Virus record (IMG/VR): IMGVR_UViG_3300025392_000003
Strand: one strand, 5' to 3'
DNA from: an uncultured virus (IMG/VR IMGVR_UViG_3300025392_000003)
Lineage: Duplodnaviria > Heunggongvirae > Uroviricota > Caudoviricetes
DNA length: 64,000 nt
The notes under the pieces were generated by a model, which had not been told where the DNA came from, did not search any database, and worked only from the letters and a program-made list of their open reading frames with translations. The translations under genes were made by a program, and so were the position numbers. Positions 18,202 through 25,449 of the stretch are shown here, in pieces. Position 1 is the stretch's first letter; each line of letters opens with the position of its first letter.

Positions 18202-18812
18202 TAGTTTCCAGAGGCGTGTTGGTTGCCGTAGAATGGGTGGCCTTGCTGTGCGCCGACCTTACCGGTTCCCTTTGGAACAGAAACGCCAGCAGCGGCCTCA
18301 CGAGACTCACGATTTGCTGAAACCTGATAACGGTCGTTTAGGTCGTTATTAATTTCCTTAAGGTTTTTCTGTTCGTCTTTGATTTTGCCAACGACTTCCT
18401 TTGCCGCATCGAGGTGGTGTCCGGCAAGAACGGCGTGAACTTTTCCTGTTAGACCATCCCCCGATTTGGAAGCGTGGTCATTGGCGGCGTCAATGTGATT
18501 TTGGAGTTTGCTTTTCAGCCCGCTAATAGTGCTAACTGATTCATCGCGCATATTCTTAAGTTCGCTTTTAACGGCGGGGCGAGCGCGTACACCATAAGCC
18601 TCCGCCTCGGTATTATTAACCCTTACGGCGTTTGGATACTTCTTTACTGCGGCATCAACTTTTTTGTTGTATTCGTGGATTTGGCTTTGGAGTTCATCGT
18701 GCCTTTTCATACCGTAGGCAACGGCTGCGCCAATTAAAACAGCGTTTTTGCTGACACGAGAGTAGATGCCTTGGTTGGCAAGAAGTTCGTCTGAAGAAAA
18801 GGCGTTGCTCAT
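18201..18812 (-). CDS. Leader + helical cargo + C-terminal GHPFYGNQH motif protein (tandem partner)
   Basis: MSNAFSSDELLANQGIYSRVSK ... GKVGAQQGHPFYGNQHASGN*; TAATG overlap with next gene. Confidence 0.75.
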   Translation of the reverse strand: MSNAFSSDELLANQGIYSRVSKNAVLIGAAVAYGMKRHDELQSQIHEYNKKVDAAVKKYPNAVRVNNTEAEAYGVRARPAVKSELKNMRDESVSTISGLKSKLQNHIDAANDHASKSGDGLTGKVHAVLAGHHLDAAKEVVGKIKDEQKNLKEINNDLNDRYQVSANRESREAAAGVSVPKGTGKVGAQQGHPFYGNQHASGN

Positions 18813-18854
18813 AGCCCCAATAATAGAGCCCGATTTAGATTTTTTTGATTTTGG

Positions 18855-19334
18855 TTATTCCCAAGAGTGCTTGGTTAATCCGAGTTCGTGGGCTTTGGTG
18901 GGGTTATCTTCTATCCACGAGTTGTGGTGATTACAAACGAGGATAATCCCCGACATATCCAAGAGGTTCGCATCGCTTTGGCCCGACCGAGCGCGTGAAA
19001 GGATTTCGTGACCGTTTACATCTCCGAAGCAAGGTGTTCCGATTATCTCTCTAACTGAACACTTCCAAGTCTCACGCTTGCCGAAGTGCTCGAGCATCGC
19101 CTCTCGGCGTTTGGTATTCACCTCACGGCGTTTGTCGCTTATGGGGTTGAGCCGAGTTCGCTTCATCTGCGTTGGCTTGCGTTCCAACGGCTTGCGCTTT
19201 AGGGCTTTGGTTTTCGTTTCAGCACTACGGCAGTTCTTACAACGAGGCAAGAACTTTTCTGGCTTGTCACGGCGAGGTATGAAGTCACTAGTAGGGAGCA
19301 GTTCCCTACACGAACCGCAACGCTTGATGTCCAC
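18855..19334 (-). CDS. Zn-finger + HNH-like endonuclease
   Basis: CGSC...CKNC; C...C...NGHEIL.R...LVCNHHN.WI. Confidence 0.7.
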   Translation of the reverse strand: MDIKRCGSCRELLPTSDFIPRRDKPEKFLPRCKNCRSAETKTKALKRKPLERKPTQMKRTRLNPISDKRREVNTKRREAMLEHFGKRETWKCSVREIIGTPCFGDVNGHEILSRARSGQSDANLLDMSGIILVCNHHNSWIEDNPTKAHELGLTKHSWE

Positions 19335-19870
19335 TACTTAGTGGTGTAGATAGCGTTATCGGTTGTGTAGATAGTTTGGACCGTCTTCTCGGCGGCCAAA
19401 TACTTCGCTACTTCCGTTTGGAAAGCGGGGAGTTGTGAGGTGTTCTCAATCACGCTCAATCCAATAACTGTCAAACCCTCAAGTGCTTGTGCTTGTGCCG
19501 CAATCGCTTGGTTAAGGGTTTTGCTTGGTGAACCAATCGCATTGTTGAGTGCGTTTATATCTTCCGACAAACGAACGAAGTATTTGTTGGTGGTAGTGAC
19601 ATTGTTAGCGGCGAGTGCTTTCTGTGTATTGTTGTAATCCGCAAGAGTGTGCTTTTCAGCAACAACGAAAGTTGGCTTCCAAATCTTCCACATAGCCGCT
19701 TCTGCTTGTGCCTTTGTGGTGGTAGTAGTCGTTGGGCCAGAGGTGCTAATGACGCCAGCCGACATAAGAAGAATCGTTGCTACTAGAGCGAAGACCACTG
19801 CGGCGACCCACTTGGTCTTAGTGCTTAGTGCGAGGAATCGCTCGGATGGCTTGATAGGTGTAGTGGTCAT
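19334..19870 (-). CDS. Membrane-anchored exported helical protein (paralog of 7334..7774)
   Basis: N-terminal TM, poly-Thr linker, shared WK...DY...F..L..D..A.N....SP..TLN pattern. Confidence 0.7.
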   Translation of the reverse strand: MTTTPIKPSERFLALSTKTKWVAAVVFALVATILLMSAGVISTSGPTTTTTTKAQAEAAMWKIWKPTFVVAEKHTLADYNNTQKALAANNVTTTNKYFVRLSEDINALNNAIGSPSKTLNQAIAAQAQALEGLTVIGLSVIENTSQLPAFQTEVAKYLAAEKTVQTIYTTDNAIYTTK

Positions 19871-20418
19871 TGTTCGCCCCTTGCTAGTGCGTTTTGGTTA
19901 TTAGAACTTACCATAGTGATACCCGGCACACTTACAGGCCCAGCCCCTAGAGCAAATCCACTGCTGAAAAGAACTTCGTTGTTGTTCTTCTCGGAGAACT
20001 CGTTATACATTTTGATAAATTGCGCTCGGACAGTTGAGGGATTATCCGTCTGGCAAATCTCCCACCAGCCGATTGCTTTTACGGTTTTGGAAATTGCTTC
20101 GTTCGACCAAGGTGGCCGTGAGAGGTTTTGCCAATTGTGTAATCCGTATCGCTCAACGGCATCTGCTACTTCGGCCCACGCTTCGTTGGCACTCATAGAT
20201 AACACGCCAGCGATTTCAGCACAGCGCTTTCGGATGCCCGCAATCGTGGGGTATCGCTCTTCTTTGAGAATCCAATCTTGGGCGGCCCTAAACACGAGCC
20301 CGACATCTAAGTCTCCGAGCATCGCATTCCACATCTCCACCGTTTCAGCACTCATAGTGAGATTTGGAAACGCCGCCGATAGGAGAGCGCAAACTTTTGC
20401 TGTGTCAATCCGTTCCAT
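19867..20418 (-). CDS. Replicative helicase loader/inhibitor (G39P-like)
   Basis: LSAAFPN...VEMWNAMLGDL...YPTIAGIR...EAWAEV; directly downstream of initiator. Confidence 0.75.
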   Translation of the reverse strand: MERIDTAKVCALLSAAFPNLTMSAETVEMWNAMLGDLDVGLVFRAAQDWILKEERYPTIAGIRKRCAEIAGVLSMSANEAWAEVADAVERYGLHNWQNLSRPPWSNEAISKTVKAIGWWEICQTDNPSTVRAQFIKMYNEFSEKNNNEVLFSSGFALGAGPVSVPGITMVSSNNQNALARGEQ

Positions 20419-21200
20419 TATTCGCCCCTCTGTAGGAACTCTTCGATACCGCTAAAGCCCTTTGGCTTCTTGGTGTCGGTCTTTAGACCCTCACCGTCAG
20501 AAAGATAATCTTTCCAGCGTTGCTTAGGGCCGAAGAAAGTCGAGGCGTGGAGTGTGTATTCGATTTCCTTGCCTTTTCTGAAAGCGGCATAATTTACAAC
20601 TGCTTCTCTCAATTCTGCTGGTGATACCCCAGAGCGAAGTACGGACTTTAGTGCTTGTAGTGCTGCCGAGCGACCTACCTTGCGGGGGTATATTTCCCAA
20701 AGGTCGTTGAAGACAGATTCGTATTCCGATTCCTTTTTTGCTTTCTCCGCTTTTTTAGAAGCGGGGGAAGTACTTTTAGTACTTTCTTTCTGTTTATTTA
20801 TATAAAGAGGTGAGTCCTCTTCAGAAGGGACGAAATGTCCACCTATTCGGACAGGATGTCCACCTATTCGGACAAAATGTCCACCTATTTCTTCCTCTTC
20901 GGGAACAAAATCCGGGGTGATATCCACATCAGTTTGTGGGAAAAGAAACTCATATTCGGCCACTCTGCGACCTGATGCGGGGCGCAATAAACGCAAGAAT
21001 CCATCTTCGACCATTTGTGCTTTTGCGCGCTGAACTGATTTGGTTGAGCAGCGACACAACTTCGCAAGATTTTCGTCAGCGATGAAGAGCCGGTGGTTGT
21101 AAGTGTCGTTTTCGATATTGCCGAGTCGTAGGTGAATTAGAAACATAGTCCCGGTGTAGGGGGAGTGCTTTTCTACGTATGCTCTGCCAGCATCACTCAT
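20418..21200 (-). CDS. Replication initiator (N-terminal wHTH, lambda O-like organisation)
   Basis: LAKLCRCSTKSVQRA HTH; FNDLWEIYPRKVG...HASTFFG...WKDY C-terminal domain; internal iterons; start ATG 21200 with AAGGA RBS. Confidence 0.8.
   Translation of the reverse strand: MSDAGRAYVEKHSPYTGTMFLIHLRLGNIENDTYNHRLFIADENLAKLCRCSTKSVQRAKAQMVEDGFLRLLRPASGRRVAEYEFLFPQTDVDITPDFVPEEEEIGGHFVRIGGHPVRIGGHFVPSEEDSPLYINKQKESTKSTSPASKKAEKAKKESEYESVFNDLWEIYPRKVGRSAALQALKSVLRSGVSPAELREAVVNYAAFRKGKEIEYTLHASTFFGPKQRWKDYLSDGEGLKTDTKKPKGFSGIEEFLQRGE
20770..20889. repeat. Putative replication origin: three 21-bp-period iterons plus AT-rich tract
   Basis: ATGTCCACCTATTCGGACA at 20835 and 20856, ATGTCCACCTATT at 20877; AT-rich 20771-20806. 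Confidence 0.75.
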
Positions 21201-21277
21201 AGGTAATTCCTTTGTTAGTTCTAGAGGCAAAGACACTACCCTGCCGAGAAGGGCCAGCGCACGGCTTATTTGGGCCT

Positions 21278-21325
21278 AAAAAGCCAAAAACCCCCGGAGT
21301 GGTATCTCCGAGGGCTTTTGGTTCT
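21278..21325 (-). terminator. Rho-independent terminator
   Basis: Minus strand CCAAAAGCCCTCGGAG-ATACCA-CTCCGGGGGTTTTTGGCTTTT. Confidence 0.65.
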
Positions 21326-21361
21326 AGAACGCCTACAAAGGCGATTTAGGGGGGTATGCGC

Positions 21362-22285
21362 CTATTCTGGCACTACCTCTGCTGAAACCTTTGCCTTGGT
21401 CTTAGCGATTTTGTTCAGAAGAGCGTCGGCTTCTTCGTAGCGAGACTCTGGCAAGTTGGCTACTTTGGGGAAGTTGCCCTCGGCCCACAAGCCCTTGAGA
21501 ACCTCACGCTGTTCGGGGGTGAGTTGGCGAATCTTGCTGTCGAGAACATCACGCTGGGTAGCGGTGATGATTGGGTCGCCCGACTTGAGCCAAGTCAAGA
21601 ACTCGTTTGCGCCATCAACGCCCTTGTTCGGTGGGAACACCTTGTCGGCCAAAGACTCACAACGGGTCTTACCGATAATCGTGCGGTGGTCGGTGTCCAT
21701 CTCAACTACGAGGGTGAACTCATACTCAATTCCGTCACGCTGTTGTGGTGCTAGACCAACTTTCTTCGGTGAGGTGCGACCGGTGCGCTCGTCTTTCTCC
21801 AAAGTCCACTCGGTCTTAGAACGCATAGTGGCGATGATGTGACCGTTGAAGTTCAGAATCGCATCAACCATCTGTTGCTGAATTGGCGTAGCGACTTTCC
21901 AACCGGCGAAAGAGTTGCCCTTTGCCGCCGCACCTGCTTGGTCAACAAGTTCGAGCAATCCGCCTTGACCGTTGTAGAAGTGAGTCAAGGAGTCAACAAC
22001 TACGCAAGCGTAGCCTTCTGCTTCAGCAGCCTTGAGTGCCTCAATCAAACGGTTTGGGTGGTAGGGGGCAGACATCGTAAGTGAGTCAAACTCAAATCGG
22101 TCGGCGTATAACTTCGCGCTATCGCGCTCGGTGTCAATAACGGCAATCTTTCCACCCTCGGCAAGTGTGGTAGCCCACAACAAAGCCGAGTAGGTTTTGC
22201 CTGACCCAGAGGGTCCTGTCACAGCGATTCGGGCCTTTGCTTCGGCCTTTACCGCCTTGGTAAATAATGAACTCATTTGGTTCAC
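21362..22285 (-). CDS. AAA_24 / Sak4-like RecA-family ATPase
   Basis: GPSGSGKT, IDTE, VVDSLTH, TMRSK, QRDGIEYEF. Confidence 0.88.
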   Translation of the reverse strand: MNQMSSLFTKAVKAEAKARIAVTGPSGSGKTYSALLWATTLAEGGKIAVIDTERDSAKLYADRFEFDSLTMSAPYHPNRLIEALKAAEAEGYACVVVDSLTHFYNGQGGLLELVDQAGAAAKGNSFAGWKVATPIQQQMVDAILNFNGHIIATMRSKTEWTLEKDERTGRTSPKKVGLAPQQRDGIEYEFTLVVEMDTDHRTIIGKTRCESLADKVFPPNKGVDGANEFLTWLKSGDPIITATQRDVLDSKIRQLTPEQREVLKGLWAEGNFPKVANLPESRYEEADALLNKIAKTKAKVSAEVVPE

Positions 22286-22323
22286 CTTTCATCTATTACT
22301 CAACAATTACTACGAGTGGTGAA

Positions 22324-22351
22324 ATCTTACCAGAATCTATAGCCGTGTCAA
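22324..22351 (-). promoter_or_regulatory. Sigma-70-type promoter for replication genes
   Basis: TTGACA-N16-TAAGAT. Confidence 0.65.
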
Positions 22352-22381
22352 GTCAAAAAAAGCCCTAAATTGCAAGGGTTC

Positions 22382-22410
22382 TTGCTATGTCACACCCTTT
22401 ATACTAAACT
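22382..22410 (+). promoter_or_regulatory. Divergent leaderless sigma-70-type promoter
   Basis: TTGCTA-N17-TAAACT-N6-ATG(22417). Confidence 0.6.
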
Positions 22411-22416
22411 AGGGTT

Positions 22417-22932
22417 ATGGAAGCGATGACCAAGACCATTAGCCAAGAGGTTCTCAACGAACTTGCTCTTACGCCGGTGCTTGAGTCTGCTACGCCCAAT
22501 CGCTACAAGGGCAAGTGTGCTGGTTGCGATGCGAAAGTTGCTAAAGCCGAGGGCGCATACGCCAACGGTTTGACTTGGTGCGCCGTAGCACTCGTGAGCC
22601 CAGAGTTCGGATACATCTGCCCGAACGCCAATGGCATCATCGAGCGCGTATCAGCACAACACGAAATCAATCGGGCTCGTGAGGTTGAGGTTGCTGCGAA
22701 GAACGAGGCTATCTCTGCCGAGGCAGAAGCCCGCCGAATTGCTTACGCCGAATCTGATGAGGGTAAGGCCGAGGTTGCTGCACGCAAGGCTAAGGCCGCC
22801 GAACTCAAGAAGAACGGCCTAAAGATTTGTCGCCGTTGCGGTGGTGCTGGTGAAGCCGACAAGTGGCTTAACACAGGTCGTGTTTGCTATGGGTGCGGTG
22901 GTAGTGGATACATCACACCCGAAGTGCTATAG
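22417..22932 (+). CDS. Zn-finger protein with C-terminal DnaJ-type CxxCxGxG repeats
   Basis: NRYKGKCAGC; CRRCGGAG...CYGCGGSG. Confidence 0.7.
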   Translation: MEAMTKTISQEVLNELALTPVLESATPNRYKGKCAGCDAKVAKAEGAYANGLTWCAVALVSPEFGYICPNANGIIERVSAQHEINRAREVEVAAKNEAISAEAEARRIAYAESDEGKAEVAARKAKAAELKKNGLKICRRCGGAGEADKWLNTGRVCYGCGGSGYITPEVL

Positions 22933-22963
22933 TAGAGTTTAGTTATTGAGTAATAGGAGTGGT

Positions 22964-23350
22964 ATGGAAGTTATCCGTGAGTTTGGTGCTGACTTGGCTT
23001 TTGCCGGTCTAGACACTATTGGTATGTCGGCGCGGGGTGTAAATCTCACCGGGCGTGACGAGATTGTAGTTTCGGTTGCCGATGGTGAATGGCGAGCCGA
23101 GATTGGTGGCTTTGTATCGGTTGAGCAAGCCGAGGCCGCTATGAGTATGGTCCACCAAGGAAGCCTCGTTCGAGACATAGTTGGTGAAAACAACAAGAAT
23201 CGTTTTGACTTTGCCGTTGGCGTTCTCAAGATGATTGCTGACCAATCGTATGTGTTGCCTACGCCCGCTAAGGACAGCGAGTTAGATGACGCTTTGACCG
23301 AGAGTATCCTTGAGGATATTTTCGTTGAGCGTATGTCGGAGATGGAGTAG
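22964..23350 (+). CDS. Hypothetical protein
   Basis: AGGAG RBS before ATG 22964; part of plus-strand operon. Confidence 0.6.
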   Translation: MEVIREFGADLAFAGLDTIGMSARGVNLTGRDEIVVSVADGEWRAEIGGFVSVEQAEAAMSMVHQGSLVRDIVGENNKNRFDFAVGVLKMIADQSYVLPTPAKDSELDDALTESILEDIFVERMSEME

Positions 23351-23352
23351 TT

Positions 23353-23637
23353 ATGTCAGACAACTTTTGGACCAAGCGTGATTACGAGTTCCTAGACGAA
23401 CGAGGTGCTGATTACTTCGTTCACGATGAGGGCGTGTTTGCTTTCCAAGCGTTCCGTATTTCGGAGAGCAATCCATACTTCGTATCCTTTGACCGAATTG
23501 ATGCTGGTAAGTCGGCAAAGGTAGGTGACTTCGATTCCCTAGAGCAAGCACAGGCGTTTATTGAATACGCTCGCCGCAAGGGGAACTTCTACACTTCACC
23601 AGCAGGTTTCGTATCAAAGAAAAAGGAGAATAACTAA
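23353..23637 (+). CDS. Hypothetical protein
   Basis: GGAG RBS; tightly packed operon. Confidence 0.6.
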   Translation: MSDNFWTKRDYEFLDERGADYFVHDEGVFAFQAFRISESNPYFVSFDRIDAGKSAKVGDFDSLEQAQAFIEYARRKGNFYTSPAGFVSKKKENN

Positions 23638-23999
23638 TGGGGCTTTCACTCCAAGTAGATGACAGGCAGTATTGGAAGAGCACATACTCGGCTTTCGGAG
23701 AGTTCCGTAGAGAGGTAGAGCGAGCGAGTGGAATCACCACCGAGTCGCTTCTCGACAAGGGGTTCACCGAGGCTAATGTTCAGGGTCTATGGGCCGAGAA
23801 GCCTAGAGAGCCACTAGCGTTCTTGTTCATTCACTCTGACTGTGACGGAGTTATTGAGGCCGAAGATGCCGAGGTCTTGGCTAATCGCCTTGAGGGTCTG
23901 CTTCCGAACTTTAGTGAGGATTGGACTGAAGATGTTGAGGTGTTCATTGACACGCTTCGTGCCGCCGTTGATACCGGGCAACAAGTTGAGTTTTGGTAA
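23637..23999 (+). CDS. Hypothetical phage protein (HSDCDG motif)
   Basis: MGL...TYSAFGEFRR...LFIHSDCDGVI...VEF. Confidence 0.65.
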   Translation: MGLSLQVDDRQYWKSTYSAFGEFRREVERASGITTESLLDKGFTEANVQGLWAEKPREPLAFLFIHSDCDGVIEAEDAEVLANRLEGLLPNFSEDWTEDVEVFIDTLRAAVDTGQQVEFW

Positions 24000-24010
24000 A
24001 GGAGATACAG

Positions 24011-24595
24011 GTGTCAGATTTTGATTTCAGCAACGAAGAGATGCCGAGCCTTGAGGATTTTTTGGCTCAAGACGGACAGCCCGAAGATTTTGGTAGCGAC
24101 GACTACGCTATCAAGAACGATGACGAGGCTCTGTGGGCCGTTCGCCGTATCGCCCAATCGCAACGCCGAATTGACGAGGTGAAGCGACAGGCTCAAATCG
24201 AACTCGACCGAATCAATCGTTGGGTCGAAGAAAACACGGTCGGCAACCAGCGCGTAGTTGATTACTTCGAGCGCATAGTTGGTGAATACCTAGTGCGTAT
24301 CCGTGAAGATGAGCAAGACGGTCGTAAGTCACTTGACTTCCCCGATGGCAAGGTGACTAGTCGCAATACGCCTAGCAAGGTATCTGTCTCGGACTTGGAT
24401 TCGTTCCTTGAGTGGGCCGAATCAAACGGACACTCGGATTGGGTGCGTATCAAGCGTGAGGCTGATGTTTCCACTATCAAAAAAGTCGTAGACTTTAACG
24501 GCGAGGAAGTTATCGACCCAATCACGGGCGCGGTGATTTCCGGCCTCTCGCACACCGAGGGTGGCGTGTCGGTATCGGTAAAGGTATCCGAGTAA
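24011..24595 (+). CDS. Host-nuclease inhibitor Gam-like (Mu Gam family) protein
   Basis: A.WAVRRI coiled coil, KSLDFPDGKVTSR, VRIKRE.D...IKK; AAAGGAG RBS before GTG 24011. Confidence 0.75.
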   Translation: MSDFDFSNEEMPSLEDFLAQDGQPEDFGSDDYAIKNDDEALWAVRRIAQSQRRIDEVKRQAQIELDRINRWVEENTVGNQRVVDYFERIVGEYLVRIREDEQDGRKSLDFPDGKVTSRNTPSKVSVSDLDSFLEWAESNGHSDWVRIKREADVSTIKKVVDFNGEEVIDPITGAVISGLSHTEGGVSVSVKVSE

Positions 24596-24605
24596 GGCAC
24601 AAGGT

Positions 24606-24705
24606 TTGTGTTGGCGGGTAGTTCTACTCCGCTCTATTCGCCAACACAATTACAAAGAGAAAGCCCGCTAGGTCTGGTGATTAGCCAAACTTAGCGGGCT
24701 TCTTG
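24606..24705. terminator. Two hairpins between convergent operons (probable bidirectional termination)
   Basis: TTGTGTTGGCGGGTAG/CTATTCGCCAACACAA (24606-24649) and AAGCCCGCTAGG...CTTAGCGGGCTT (24661-24702). Confidence 0.65.
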
Positions 24706-24735
24706 CTCTTAGAGCAAACAATCGCTAATGCGAGA

Positions 24736-24990
24736 TTACTTCGTGATTGAGGTGGGCTTTACTGCGCCGAGGATTCGGTTAAGTGCTGGGTACTTCGCCT
24801 CAAGTGCGTGGGCCAGAGTGCTGTATCCGGTCGCTACGGCTGGGGCTACGATTGCGTAAGCCTGCGTTGGCGAGAGGTTAAAGCCAGCCTTTGCTGCTAC
24901 CGATACGAGCAGACCGACCAGAGCCGGAACGACATAACGAGTGATTTCAGCAGTAATTGCCTTTGGGTCCAATGCTGGGGTTGTTGCCAT
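24736..24990 (-). CDS. Holin-like two-TM membrane protein
   Basis: RYVVPALVGLLV..., second TM, LE.KYP...RILG ending; downstream of tail genes. Confidence 0.6.
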   Translation of the reverse strand: MATTPALDPKAITAEITRYVVPALVGLLVSVAAKAGFNLSPTQAYAIVAPAVATGYSTLAHALEAKYPALNRILGAVKPTSITK

Positions 24991-25046
24991 AATTATCTCC
25001 TTTTCAGAGTATCTAGAGCACCCCAGAGAAACCGAGATGCTTACTT

Positions 25047-25076
25047 ATCTTACCGATATCCGAGTATCGGTGTCAA
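25047..25076 (-). promoter_or_regulatory. Promoter with palindromic spacer
   Basis: TTGACA-N18-TAAGAT; ACCGATA-N6-TATCGGT inverted repeat spans the spacer. Confidence 0.6.
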
Positions 25077-25080
25077 AGAT

Positions 25081-25410
25081 TTAGGAATCTATTTCGGGGG
25101 CCGAATCGCGCTTTAGGAGTTTTTCCAAACCTTTTTCAGCATCCGCCCGGTGCCACCCCAAGTGCCGTTCTACCTTGTCTTCTATGGAATCTAGGCGTAG
25201 GTCTATGCGCTCGAATTGGGTGTCGGCGCGCTCAAACTTGAGGTCAATTTGGTCAAATCGGGTGTCGTGGCGTTCCAAAATAGAGAGGATTTTTTCGCTA
25301 TCGCTATGCCCCTCGGAGCGCATTTTGTGACTAGAGTGCCAGTTTCCAATCGCAACGATAATCGTTGTGAATGCGGTTATACACGCTGCGATTACATACG
25401 GCTGGGTCAT
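25081..25410 (-). CDS. Single-TM coiled-coil protein (lysis-cassette type)
   Basis: N-terminal TM, heptad F/I/L repeats, HLGWH near end. Confidence 0.6.
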   Translation of the reverse strand: MTQPYVIAACITAFTTIIVAIGNWHSSHKMRSEGHSDSEKILSILERHDTRFDQIDLKFERADTQFERIDLRLDSIEDKVERHLGWHRADAEKGLEKLLKRDSAPEIDS

Positions 25411-25449
25411 AGCAGGATTTTAGACTGGGATTTCCAAATCTCGGTTGCT

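Noticed and set aside
17701..18265. Two ~60-bp near-identical repeats 500 bp apart as a DGR template/variable pair
   Set aside because: Differences are mostly synonymous and not confined to adenines, both copies are coding 3' ends, and no reverse transcriptase is present in the window
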